Below the pieces are notes generated by a model, which saw only the letters and a program-made list of their open reading frames with translations, searched no databases and was not told the origin of the DNA. Made by a program: the position numbers and the translations under genes. A stretch of DNA of 63,825 nt, filler included, from Octopus bimaculoides (lineage: Eukaryota): NCBI RefSeq assembly GCF_001194135.2. It is 9 parts of 8 records of this genome, joined end to end, with 100 filler letters (N's around TTAATTAATTAA, not from the genome) between each part and the next. Parts side by side here need not be neighbours in the genome. Positions count along the whole stretch, not along the records: positions 4,967 to 26,906 come from NC_068983.1; positions 27,007 to 37,239 come from NW_026382286.1; positions 37,340 to 43,871 come from NC_069010.1; 6 more parts are not named here. One strand, 5' to 3'. Position 1 is the stretch's first letter. Each line of letters begins with the position of its first letter. Shown here piece after piece: positions 25,437 through 37,499 of this stretch.

Positions 25437-26735
25437 AAGGCAATTGAACCTCAATCCAGTTATAAATACCAGGGAATATTTGAAGCAAATGGAATTAAAC
25501 ACAATTATATGAAAGAAAAGACAAAGAAAATGTCCCTGCGGTGAGTGAGATAAAATATTGGCTTCAAAGCTCAATGCCAGAAACATAATTTCGGCAATAA
25601 ACTCACGCGCGGTCGCAATATTTCGATACGGTGCCGGAATCTTGAAGTAGAGAAGAAATCTCCTAAAGATGTATGGAGTCCATCATCCACATGCAGACAT
25701 TGATCACCTATACATGAGGAGAGTAAATGGAGGAAGGGGACTGATGAGTGTGGATGACTGCGTACGTATCAAACTCAGGAGCTTAATGAGATACCTATCC
25801 CAAAGTAATGAAACCTTGCTAGTCTCAGTTAGGAATAAAGGAGTATTGAAAGCAGAGAAATATGGAAAAACAAAGTAAGAAGTACAAAAAGGGCGTGAAG
25901 AAGTATTACGCAGCAAGAGACTACACAATCAATTCCATATAGCAACAACAGAATTTGCTGGAAAACTTAGGTGGGATTGGCTCAAGAAAGAAACATTAAA
26001 AAAGAGACAGAGAGCATTATAGTGGCAGCGCAAGACCAAGCTTTGGCCACGAATTGGAAGGTCAACATTAGGAATAAGCAAGTGTCTCTACTGTGTTGCA
26101 TTTGTAATGGAATGGATGAACCGTTGCCCATATCACGATTGAATACCCTAGACTTGCCCAAAACCACACCAATTTCTAACGACATGATAAGGTAGCAAAA
26201 GTGCTACATTGGAAACTGAGCGAAAAGTGGGGGCTAGAGAGAGGCAAGACGTGGTATGATCACAACCCGCAGAGAGTGGTGGAGTCGGAAACTTGCAAAC
26301 TCCTCCGGGATTTACCAATCCAAACAGATCAGGTTCTAGAGCATAACAGACCGAACCTATTGGCGGTCGACAAGATGCACCACACTTCTTATATAGTTGA
26401 TGTTGCGTGCTGCTTTGACCCACGGATAGTTAAGAAGTCGAAAAAATATAAATATACAATCCTCTTAAGTACGAAAAAGTCCGGATAAGGATAATGAAAA
26501 AGGTGAAGATAGTGTCAGTTATTTTTGAGTCCTTGGGGAAACAATCTGAAGGCATCAAATGGAATATAAAAGAAATTGGAAAAGAGTGCCCCGTAGAACT
26601 GCTAGAAAATGTTTGCCTCCTCGACACGGCCAGAATAATCAGGAACGAATTAGATAGTTGAAAAGAACAAATAGCATGGTACCGTAGGCAAGCCTGCTAC
26701 GCATGCATGACTCCAGGAGTTCCAACAAAACCTGC
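25437..26735 (+). mobile_element. R4/Dong-like family A, 5'-truncated, disrupted
   Basis: YKYQGI, HPHADIDHLYMRRVNGGRGLMSV, KETESIIVAAQDQAL, RHDKVA, LLRDLPIQTD...NRPNL. The 3' end runs into (AAT)n at 26736-26906. Confidence 0.9.
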
Positions 26736-26757
26736 GATAATAATAATAATAATGAAG

Positions 26758-26830
<73 letters not shown>

Positions 26831-26844
26831 TGATAATGATATTG

Positions 26845-26906
<62 letters not shown>
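26736..26906. repeat. (AAT)n microsatellite
   Basis: Direct sequence. Confidence 0.95.
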
Positions 26907-27019
26907 NNNNNNNNNNNNNNNNNNNNNNNNNNNNNNNNNNNNNNNNNNNNTTAATTAATTAANNNNNNNNNNNNNNNNNNNNNNNNNNNNNNNNNNNNNN
27001 NNNNNNAATAATAATAATG

Positions 27020-30000
27020 ATTTCATTTATTTGCCACCAGGGTGAAGGATGAGGGGAACATTACAGAGACAAACATAAAGTATGGGGGTTTACACATAAT
27101 AATGAAATGATAAAAAAGAATTTTTTAAGTATACACTGGAAAAAAGACACATACATAGCATACAAAGGAAAAACAAGAAAGGTGGTGGGGGAGGATGGCT
27201 CTCGTGATACAGGAACACCTCTAGGGATAATCGAAGAACCCAATTGTCCAAAATGTTCCTGAAACCCTAGGAGCAAGTGCCCTCTCCTATTCCTTTTCTC
27301 CGACTCACAGGTCTACACTTAGAGAGGTACCATCCACTCTTGCCATTTTCGCATCTTCCACCCACCTTTCAATAAACTTACTCGAGGACAGCACTTCTCT
27401 CTCCACTCTCAATTTCCTTATCAAGTGAAACTTGAAAAAGTCAGTGAGAGCTCTACCAAAGAGGAATGTATCAGTCCTCATGCCTTTCAGCCTTGACCAC
27501 CAAACAATCTCTTTTGCCACTGCCACCACGCAAAAGAAAACTGCCTTGCTTGCCCAGTTGAAAGAGGGTGGCGGTCCAGTTATCACTACAGACTCGGTTG
27601 ATAGATGGATCCGTCCCACACATGACAGCAGCTGTTCAACATAACCCCACAAGGCAGCAACGGCCAGACAGTGAACGAGGCTGTGCAGAACGGTTTCATC
27701 ACTGCGCGCACCTCATACAAGTCCGTCTGACAACACATCTGTGCCTGTAAAGTTTGTCTTGAATCAGGCCAAAGAAAGCTGGAGATTATCCATGATAGTT
27801 CCCGACTGGAATGTCCTCCGCAACAGACAAGCTAGTTCATTCTCATCGGTACCCAGAGTCTCCTAGAGAATGTCATCGTACTTCCCTGCCACTAATCCTC
27901 TATAAATTTCTAAAGCCGAAGATTCACCGATCCCATTGCTCGACTGGTAGAGGGTTATGAGTGCCTGATGATATTCTACGTGCCAGGTGCCCAGTCTCTG
28001 TCTTTTCTTCACCCAAGACTGCAGCTCTGTCAAGGAGATGAGCTGTGGAAAGATGAGCCTCACAAACGGGGCCTACACATGCTCACCATCCAGAAATCGT
28101 TGCAGGTGGCATAATCTAAGTACGTGTCTGCACATTAAGAGTCACGTCATACGTAATCCACAACTCAGAGGATGCTGGCAACAGACTACCACCTGACCAT
28201 TGGAACGAGTTCCTTCCACAAGAATTTAAATAAGAGACACTCTAACCTGGTCAATCAGTAACCGGGTCAAGGCACAACGGTCAGGCGATAAATGATAACG
28301 GAAGCAATGTAAGCATTCACCATCTCTACTCGACCTTTCAGGGACAGCTTTCTTTCAGCCATTTCTGGGTAAGACTGGCCACTCTGTCTGCCACCTCGTC
28401 CCAGTTCTTATCAAGTTGGAATTCGGGACCAAACCAGACCCCGAGCACTTTCACTGGTCCGTCAGTCCAGTGTCCAACGTTGCTATCTGATGGCATCGTC
28501 CTGCCTCCCCAGGAGCCCAACCACAAACCCTGCAACCGACTCATTTCAGAGGAGTCTGACACCATGACGGTGACATCGTCGCATATGCTGACACTGCCTT
28601 TCCTTGTCTCAGTTCGAAAAGGATGCCCCTTAGCTGTTCCAATTTCTGCAACAGTGGCTTGAATGCCAATACATATAGAAGAGGTGACAGTGGGTAGCCC
28701 TGATGGACCAAACGTGCAATGCCAAATGGCTTCGATAGGTGGTCATTTACTTTGACCACAGAACAGGTGCTGCTGTGCATGGCAGTAATCCAGCCTCTGG
28801 AAACGGGTCCGAAACGGTCTGCTTTCAGGACAGCTTTCAAGTAGTGATGGTCGATACTTTTGAATGCTCTTGCTTGATCCAAATGAATCAAGCACCCCTG
28901 AAGCCAGCTGTGGTCTCAGCCCTCTCTATGATGTACCGCATAAGGTGGAGGTTGTCGTGGATTGCGAATGTTTGCACTTCCCTGACCAGGCTACCGACGA
29001 CTAGTGCCAACCTTTTCACTAACACCTTGGCCAAAATCTTAAACTCTGTATTTAGCAGAGTTATAGGCTGAACATTCTCTAGTATGTCCCTATTGTTGGC
29101 ATCCTTCCTCAGCTGAGTCACCACACCTCTGCTAACAGCACTAAGAATTCTCTCGTTCTGTTGCCAGTTGCAGTAGACATGTGCCAAGAGGTTGCCAAAC
29201 AAATCTGGCAATGAATACATAAGGCAGGCCATCCAAACCAGGCGATCTGCAACTTGTGCAATTGATCATCACCTCCCAAATTACGGTGGCTGTTATTGGC
29301 ATTACACATAACTTTGCGTCAGCTGCCAAGAAATGTGGCAAACCATCCAGGTACAAACTAAAGTCCAGTACTGTCATCAGTCCATTGCCCTCTCCAAACA
29401 GCTACGCGAAGTGCTGCTGAAAAGCCACACACACCTGCTCAGAATCGCGTAGCACGCACCCATTCCGATCCGTCAAAGACCTGATCATAGTTTTGTTTCC
29501 AAGTCGTGTCTCCATCGTTTGAGCCCATCAGACAGCTGTGGTTCATTCCTGTTTGAGTGCATGGGCCTTAGCTTTAACAGTGCAACCTTCGTGTTTCGCT
29601 TCGAAGAAATGATCAAGGATCATTCTTGCCGCTAACACATCAGTCGCAATACCTTTTTTAATCACCTCTTCTAATTTGCTAACTATTTCACCCTCTAATC
29701 TATTCCTTTCTATTGCTAGCTCTTCGCTAAATGCTATCAATTCTTCTCTAATCTCAGTCTTCAGGGTGGTCCGCCACCGATTGCTGACGATTACCTCCGT
29801 CAACTGCTGCTTAACTAGTTTGCTAATCCGGTCTCTGTAATTTTTTCGAGCTGGAAAGGATGCGTTCAACTTCCAGTAACTGGGTCTCTATCTACGAGTC
29901 CTATCTAATTCGACTGTCAAGATCACAAACTTGTGGTCTGTGTAGCCAATCAACTTAAATTGTGGACAACCTATACTATACCTGTCCTCTGACCTAACAA

Positions 30001-30345
30001 ATATTCTATCTAGATACCATCTGGATGACTCATTGTTGTTGCATCATGTCCATACTAGCACATCAGGGAAATCCAGTCCATACCTATCAGACAATTGGAA
30101 GTCTCTGAGCAGGTTTTCAAGGTTTTTGCATCCCCTTCATCTGTGTACTATCCCCACACAGTCCTTCCGGGCATCCAAAATCCTGTTCCAGTCCCCTACT
30201 AGAACTAAACTGTGAGACATTCCCAGGAAAGTTTCTAGACACCTGAAGAATTCTGGCCTTCCAGCTCCTGTCATAATATCTCATAGTCATTGAAAATGGG
30301 CGCCAATGCTTGTGCATTAGAAATCCTTGTCTCACTAATTGCAGC
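27020..30345 (-). mobile_element. L1/Tx1-clade non-LTR retrotransposon ORF2 remnant (APE endonuclease + RT), pseudogenised
   Basis: APE motifs GDWN, YLDRI, TDHK, YWKLN. RT motifs GLDGLPY, PITLLNTEFKILAK, DQARAF, HQGYPLSPLLY, VKVLGVWFG. C-terminus ...LSVDL*, then AATAAA and an (ATT)n tail. Confidence 0.9.
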
Positions 30346-30352
30346 CATATAT

Positions 30353-30385
30353 GTTTGTCTGTCTGTCTGTCTGTCTGCTTCCCCC

Positions 30386-30439
<54 letters not shown>
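30353..30439. repeat. (TGTC)n(CT)n(TA)n compound microsatellite
   Basis: Direct sequence. Confidence 0.9.
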
Positions 30440-30441
<2 letters not shown>

Positions 30442-30464
30442 TCTATTAGCTCTGTGCTTTTTTT

Positions 30465-32600
30465 TTTGTCACTATCAAGGTGGTGAGGAGCAGAGCACCC
30501 ATCACCTATAAAATGCTCCAGTGGCCTATGCAAAACCTGTCTCCTGACAGTCAAGCCCAACTTCTTCGCCAAACCAACAGGAGAAGTGTGGTAAAAGGTG
30601 AGTGTCTGGTGCCTTCAAATAACCAGTGCTCCGAGTAGGCTGTACTCATTTGCCTTGGGTGGCAAGCAGCCTAAGAGAAAGAAGACTCTGAGTCCAAAAC
30701 CAGAGGAGCAAGGACCCTGTCGCCTTGGCATACTATCTTGATAGAGATGGTGTTTTGGTAAAAATACTGGTTTGTAGTAACCCAAACACACCTCATTTCT
30801 TTTAGTGAACATGCCAAGCAAAATAAATGACGATAACATTGTGAACGGGACTGGAACCAATGGGGAAGGTGCCATACCCGGCAGGTACTCCACTGTGCAT
30901 CAGGGTGGGCCCAGTCATAATCCCTCAACTGCTATCCATACTACAAGGCATAGTACTTGTACTGGTCAAAATATGCAACGTGCTCACAAACGCAAGTGGT
31001 CTGTGATATGAAACAAAAGGCGATCCAGTGCCATGAACAAGCCTTGCTAGACAAGAACAATGGCAAATGTAAAGCTGACGGAAAAAGATCATTAGAACTT
31101 TGGAACCACCTGGGTATGTTCCAGATTATTGAAAATGGACTCATGAATCAGGTAAGAATAATTCGGAAAAGAAGCTTTCTTAATGAGACCCAGGTTCAGA
31201 CAGTCAGGAAAAGCCACTGTAGTGGTGATAATCTCGAAGAGAATAATATAGGTGAAGATCAGTGAATGCTTAGCCAAGGAGAAGTTGTAGTGGAGGAGAG
31301 GCTAGCCAATCAATATAATGTAGAAAACCCTGAAGTACAAGAGGATATGACTGAAGAACAGAGACACCTCAGGATAAGACTCGAGCAAGTAATAATTACA
31401 AGAACAGAGACCAAGCCGGTGAAGTTAAGAAACTTCGACCGTAACAATGTGAAACGTGCAACCCAAAAAGTTGATGAAATTATGAAATACATTCTGACAA
31501 AAGATCTGATCTGCTTCAATTTTTGTAAGTAAACTGGTTAGTAAGAAAGAGGGGAAAGTAGACGAACAGAAAGAGCCATGGTGGAAGCAGAGAATTGAAA
31601 GCATTGTTCTAACTTTGCATAAAGATCTGAGCCACATAGAAGAGTGGTCCAAAGGACAATGGAAAAATGGGAAAAAAATGCAAGAGTATATGTTGACGCA
31701 AAGTATAAAATAGAAAAGAAATTGTTCAAAATGGTTGTCGAAACCCTAAATGCTGGCAAAACATTAAAGATGTAGTGCTACATTGATCGCATATCGCAGT
31801 TCCAGAAAAACAGGTTATTCTCAAATATCCAGAGGCAGTTTTTTTTAAGGGCCTAGGAGGAAATACAGAAGATAATACGGTTCCTGAAACAGAAGAAACC
31901 CATCAATTTTGGGGTAACATCTGGGGGCAAGAAATTTCCCACAACCACGGTGCTGAGTGAATTAATTCCATGAGATCCAAACTCCACCACCCAGAGGCTC
32001 CATGACAGGCCTATGTGCACATAACAATAGAAGATGTCATTGCATAGTTATCAAAACTACCAAACTAGTTAGCGGTGGGACCAGATGGAATTCAAGGCTA
32101 CTGGCCTCAGAGGTTAATGTCAACACACAAGAGAACTGCTTACAAAGCAGTGCAGTTCCGGAGTGGATAGTAGAGGGAAAAACAACATTGTTAATGAAAG
32201 ATCGGTCGAAGGGCAATGAGGCTGGCACTTACTGACCCATTACTTGTCTTAACCTCCTGTGGAAAGTATTAACAGGTACCCTCGCAAGGAAAATATATAC
32301 GTTCCTTGAGGAAAACAATCTACTGCCAGTAGAACAAAAGGTATGTAGAAAAGGACCGAAGGGCATCAAGGACCACCTTGTGATTGGCAAGGGTATAATA
32401 GGCAAGAGTGTAATAGGCAAGGGTATAATGAAAAACTGTAAACGGTATCAAAAAAACTTATGCATGGCCTGGGTAGACTTCAAAAAAGCTTACAACTTGT
32501 TGTCGCATTCATGGATTTGGAAACACTCGACATGTGTGGAATAGCTGAGAACGTGTGTGCACTGATCAAGAACAGCATGCCTAGTTGGAAAACACGTCTT
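30465..32600 (+). mobile_element. R4/Dong-like retrotransposon 5' portion (leader, N-terminal domain, start of RT), disrupted
   Basis: ORF start MPSKIN..., KRKWS, NQVRIIRKRSFL, KYIDRISQFQKNRLF, WIVEGKTTLLMKD, PITCLNLLWKVLTG, EQKVCRKG, AWVDFKKAYN. Truncated before (AAT)n at 32645. Confidence 0.85.
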
Positions 32601-32645
32601 TCCATCGGAATTTGAACTCGGGACGTAGCGGCAAACGTCCAGTGC

Positions 32646-32684
<39 letters not shown>

Positions 32685-33919
32685 NNNNNNNNNNNNNNNN
32701 NNNNNNNNNNNNNNNNNNNNNNNNNNNNNNNNNNNNNNNNNNNNNNNNNNNNNNNNNNNNNNNNNNNNNNNNNNNNNNNNNNNNNNNNNNNNNNNNNNNN
32801 NNNNNNNNNNNNNNNNNNNNNNNNNNNNNNNNNNNNNNNNNNNNNNNNNNNNNNNNNNNNNNNNNNNNNNNNNNNNNNNNNNNNNNNNNNNNNNNNNNNN
32901 NNNNNNNNNNNNNNNNNNNNNNNNNNNNNNNNNNNNNNNNNNNNNNNNNNNNNNNNNNNNNNNNNNNNNNNNNNNNNNNNNNNNNNNNNNNNNNNNNNNN
33001 NNNNNNNNNNNNNNNNNNNNNNNNNNNNNNNNNNNNNNNNNNNNNNNNNNNNNNNNNNNNNNNNNNNNNNNNNNNNNNNNNNNNNNNNNNNNNNNNNNNN
33101 NNNNNNNNNNNNNNNNNNNNNNNNNNNNNNNNNNNNNNNNNNNNNNNNNNNNNNNNNNNNNNNNNNNNNNNNNNNNNNNNNNNNNNNNNNNNNNNNNNNN
33201 NNNNNNNNNNNNNNNNNNNNNNNNNNNNNNNNNNNNNNNNNNNNNNNNNNNNNNNNNNNNNNNNNNNNNNNNNNNNNNNNNNNNNNNNNNNNNNNNNNNN
33301 NNNNNNNNNNNNNNNNNNNNNNNNNNNNNNNNNNNNNNNNNNNNNNNNNNNNNNNNNNNNNNNNNNNNNNNNNNNNNNNNNNNNNNNNNNNNNNNNNNNN
33401 NNNNNNNNNNNNNNNNNNNNNNNNNNNNNNNNNNNNNNNNNNNNNNNNNNNNNNNNNNNNNNNNNNNNNNNNNNNNNNNNNNNNNNNNNNNNNNNNNNNN
33501 NNNNNNNNNNNNNNNNNNNNNNNNNNNNNNNNNNNNNNNNNNNNNNNNNNNNNNNNNNNNNNNNNNNNNNNNNNNNNNNNNNNNNNNNNNNNNNNNNNNN
33601 NNNNNNNNNNNNNNNNNNNNNNNNNNNNNNNNNNNNNNNNNNNNNNNNNNNNNNNNNNNNNNNNNNNNNNNCTACCCTTTCAGATATACTTTCATTGTGA
33701 TTTCTGCAATGTGGTGCATAAATTGTCAAGTAAATGAGACGCATCTTTGCCTCCACTGATTCACTTGCAAAGTGTTGAGTAAAATTATTTCGTTGCAGAC
33801 CTCCTTTGGGTCTTTTTATTATCACTGCGACACACATAGTCCCCAGTTGGTAACATTGATTTCAAGGCCCTCCTAGATGAGAGACTGGCATTCCACTTAA
33901 TGTCTATGTTCCATGCTGG

Positions 33920-34051
33920 CATGGATTGGAGAGTTATTAATGTAGAAATATGGTATCGTAGCTACTAACAGTTGAGGGTTGCGTAGTCTAGACGGCGTTT
34001 TTAGATTTCATTATTCTCTTTAACCCGGGCAAAGCCGGGTATTTCTGCTAG
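33920..34051 (+). mobile_element. Helitron 3' terminus (5' boundary uncertain)
   Basis: GC hairpin ACCCGGGC AAA GCCGGGT (34023-34040), then 7 nt, then CTAG (34048-34051) followed by T. This is the canonical Helitron 3' end. Confidence 0.65.
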
Positions 34052-34470
34052 TATATTATAATTTTTCTATCAATAATTAGGGAGACAATCCATTGACTTA
34101 ACCCTTCTCCTTTGACAGTGCATTCAACAAGTAGCTGTGGGGTCTTTTCCCCCCCTCCATTTTGATGAGAAGTTATAGGACACTGACCATTAGGGTTTGA
34201 AGAAACGCTGTAAAGGTAAGCGCTCTATGAATGTAAAACCCAGGGCAACCCCATATACCAGTCATAACTATCTTTACCTAAGTACTATACTGCTCTTTCG
34301 GATTTATGATTTAATGACGATATGTGTGTGTGTGCGTGCGCATGCGAGCATGTGTGTATGTGTGTGTGTTCAACATTTTCTCATATATTTAACTATTATA
34401 CAGTGTTCTTATTAACCATTAATGCATAATAAATCCGATGTAATTATATCAGAAAACAAACAACACTTAC

Positions 34471-34654
34471 CAAGGAAACCATTCTTGTTACATAACCTCT
34501 CAGTACAACAAGTAACACAAGAAGGGCCATTAAACCATCTATGGCATGTAAAGATATTGTTCTTTGCAGCATCAATGCATTTTCTGTATGTACTGCAGGA
34601 TCTTTCAAACTTCTGAGTAACACCATTCATTGTTGACATGTACTGGCACACAGG
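34471..34654 (-). CDS. Exon of Ly6/uPAR (LU, three-finger)-like protein, C-terminal part of domain
   Basis: Acceptor TTTTATATTTACTGCTGCAG, donor G|GTAAGT, 184 nt, phase 0 to 1. Reads PVCQYMSTMNGVTQKFERSCSTYRKCIDAAKNNIFTCHRWFNGPSCVTCCTERLCNKNGFL, with the CCxxxxCN LU hallmark. Confidence 0.85.
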
Positions 34655-35691
34655 CTGCAGCAGTAAATATAAAAGTCATTTACTACTACTACTACAACTA
34701 CTACTACTAGCAATGATAACAACAACAACAACAACAACACATGTAATGCTTAACATGCGAGAAAATAGAATCGTTGCTCCAAAAATTATCCAAAGAACAA
34801 CAAATGAAAGGGAAGTGTTGAAAGATATCTGCGTAAGCAATCTCTTTTAAAATTTATTGATGTTTACCACTTACAAATAATACAGAGTCCAATGTTTTCA
34901 TACCACGAGTAAATATGACAATCGAAGCACAACGCATATGAACATCACACGTCTCTTTCACCCACCGTCAAAACCAAAGTTTCTTAATTGTGGAATGCAC
35001 ACAGTGAATTTTTGGCATAAAATGTACACAAAATTCCCACGTACACACTTCATCTGTACCAGAAACTAACACAACTGTACCTGTTGTAAAGGATGATAGT
35101 CTAAATACATTGTCAGACCCAAGTCTTCAGGTCTTGCAAATATAACAGAAAATGCATAAATGGCACAAGAGGAATATATTGACCTTGGCTGGCGTCCCAT
35201 TAGAAATTAGCATGACTACATCAATGAGAATGGATCTCCAACTAAAGGTATCTCGCATGGCAAATGTCTCCACTGCAGTTGTAACGTCTGCCTTTTTCAG
35301 TTGAAATAATTTCCTCTGATATTGCACAACTGACATGAGGGAAGGTTTTGTCGACTTTGTAATCAGATATACATAATTTTACTCTTTACTCTCGCTCCTG
35401 CATTGCTATTTGGTTTCACAAACTGATGATCCAAACTGAAAGGATCATCCGAAATGATCATACGAATTGCAATTCGGTTTTAGGAAATGACTATCCGTCT
35501 CTGGCTTCAATTGTCACAAGCTTTTTGTTCCACTGAGTCAAGGATAGGAAGACAGAGGGGATATCTATATCTACATAAGCACCAAAAACAATTAGCAAAA
35601 GCCCGGTACAAGCTACTTGATCATACTAGCTTGCGAGTGACAGATATGGATATATTTTAACAGAAAGGAAGAAAGTAACATTTCAGTTTAC

Positions 35692-35783
35692 CTCTGCTCC
35701 TGAACAAGTTGTCACTTCTGAAGCATTGCACATCACTCCTGAACATGTTTCACACAGCAAATTCCGTTGAAATAAGGAGTAAT
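35692..35783 (-). CDS. Exon of Ly6/uPAR-like protein, N-terminal part of domain
   Basis: Acceptor TTTACTTATACTCTGTAG, donor GAG|GTAAAC, 92 nt, phase 1 to 0. Reads YSLFQRNLLCETCSGVMCNASEVTTCSGAE and joins in frame to 34471-34654. Confidence 0.8.
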
Positions 35784-35904
35784 CTACAGAGTATAAGTAA
35801 ATATCCATATTTAGAAACCAAATTGTGTAATGTTCAGCAATAACAAGTAAGATTTACTTTGTTATGTAAAAGAAATATATACGTGTTAGTATTGGAATCA
35901 ATAC

Positions 35905-35962
35905 ATGTTAGACATACAAGACAACAAATTCTAAGGAAGATTATAAACATTTTTATTTTCAT
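35905..35962 (-). CDS. Candidate first coding exon (signal peptide)
   Basis: ATG at 35962 gives MKIKMFIIFLRICCLVCLT plus 1 nt. Weak donor T|GTATTG and a 121-nt intron. Phase matches exon 35692-35783. Confidence 0.35.
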
Positions 35963-36144
35963 TTGGAAATGTTTCCATTATGACACATATTCAACTAAGA
36001 AAATGATGAAAGCTACTTGTTACCCGTTTCCCTTAATATTCTGCTCTCAAAAATATGTGAAAACTGTGGAACAACTCAAAACATAGACTATATTATTAAA
36101 ACAGAAAGAACACTGTAGATAATATAATCTTCGAAAATCTCAAT

Positions 36145-36232
36145 CGAATGCCTGATGGTCACAGCTGGAATGTTCATGATCATAAGCTGGCCCAATCAAG
36201 GCTCACCTGAGACTAAACAAACAGCTTTGATA
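36145..36232. mobile_element. Short interspersed repeat D (LINE/SINE 3' end with AAC tail)
   Basis: Reverse-complement match to GTTTAGCCCCAGGTCAGTCCTGATCCAG...GTTCCAGCTGTGACCATC copies at 38712-38800, 39622-39815, 42445-42530 and 56845-56945. Confidence 0.6.
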
Positions 36233-36519
36233 TTAAAAATATTTACAAGTCCCATACATACATACATACATACATATATATATTGTATATATACATACGT
36301 ATATATAAATGCGTAAATCTATCTATTGGCAGACATACATATACACACAGGATATTATGGTGTGTATATATGCACAACAAATAACCAGTTATAGTAGTGT
36401 TCAATGTATCATATTGCATTAAATTCCCCAAATCAAACGTGAAATGCATATAAATGTGCAATGATGCATATGCATAGAGTTTGAAATAGACTGTAATACA
36501 TGAACTGAGCAAAACACAT

Positions 36520-36780
36520 TTGAAAGATATCATAGTAATTTCATGGATTTTTTCTTTCCAGAATCCCATTACTAGTGTTGCGAAAGTTGGTGCAACTTTC
36601 GTTCTCATTTCCATGACCAGTATCTGCATGCATTAATGGTTATCAAAAGTGATTTTCTAACATCATTCATAATCCTTCAAACATAAATGAATTGTTAAGT
36701 CTACACATAACATCCAAAGGTACATCTTTTTCCCTCTGATGAAATTATACTCATATCACATAAATGTAAATTTAATGTAC
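36520..36780 (-). mobile_element. Penelope-like RT fragment
   Basis: MQILVMEMRTKVAPTFATLVMGFWKEKIHE resembles the PLE RT motif QxxGTAMGTKxAPxYAxLxMGxxE. Confidence 0.65.
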
Positions 36781-36895
36781 AAATTTGTTATTAAAGTATT
36801 GAGTACCAATTGAAATGGCTGTAAGAAGTGAAGATGATCAATTTGTTGTTAATAATAAACAATTATTAACTTCTTAATCTCCGTTTTCTTTTCTT

Positions 36896-37239
36896 CAGAG
36901 AATGAATGGGAGAAAGAGAGCCTGCCGTATGTCAACCCAACAGAGGGACCAGCTATCCGAGTTGACAGTACCAGGGTAGATAAAGCAATTAAGAGTATGA
37001 AGACAGGGAAAGCCCCCGGCCCATCAGGAATCACTGCAGAGATGCTCAAAATATCTGGCAGTGTTGGTTACAGCCTAGTCACCCGTATTACGAACCAGGT
37101 GATACACGAAGGAGTCATACCTAATGACTGGTGTAGCAGCACCATAGTAAACTGCTACAAAGGTAAAGGTGACGCTTTAGATACTAATAATTACAGAGGC
37201 ATCAAGCTGTTAGATCAGGTTATGAAAGTTACGGAGAGG
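36896..37239 (+). mobile_element. RTE LINE RT fragment (subdomains 0-2)
   Basis: KAIKSMKTGKAPGPSGITAEMLK...IPNDWCSSTIVNCYKGKGDALDTNNYRGIKLLDQVMKV. Confidence 0.9.
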
Positions 37240-37499
37240 NNNNNNNNNNNNNNNNNNNNNNNNNNNNNNNNNNNNNNNNNNNNTTAATTAATTAANNNNN
37301 NNNNNNNNNNNNNNNNNNNNNNNNNNNNNNNNNNNNNNNGAGGGGGGATAAACGGGGGGGAGACGAGGGGGGATGTAGTGAGGGTTGGCGCCGGTGTAGG
37401 GTACTTTTACTCATTTGAACAGTAGAATATTGGGCCACTTTCATAGATAGTAACTTTACACCCATGCCCATCCATCCTCTACTACTCCCATACTCAACA

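Noticed and set aside
30479-30615. Formal HDV-like ribozyme call
   Set aside because: I could not place P1, P2, P3, P1.1 and the catalytic C in the required nested order. It is kept only as a structured-leader finding.
35127-35336. Intronic 69-aa ORF and Cys-containing plus-strand frames
   Set aside because: All frames are interrupted or lack splice signals. It lies inside the LU intron and is not needed for the frame.
35425-35460. CTGATGA followed by a hairpin and GAAA
   Set aside because: GAAA is not adjacent to stem II, the core is sequestered in the hairpin, and there is no stem I or III.
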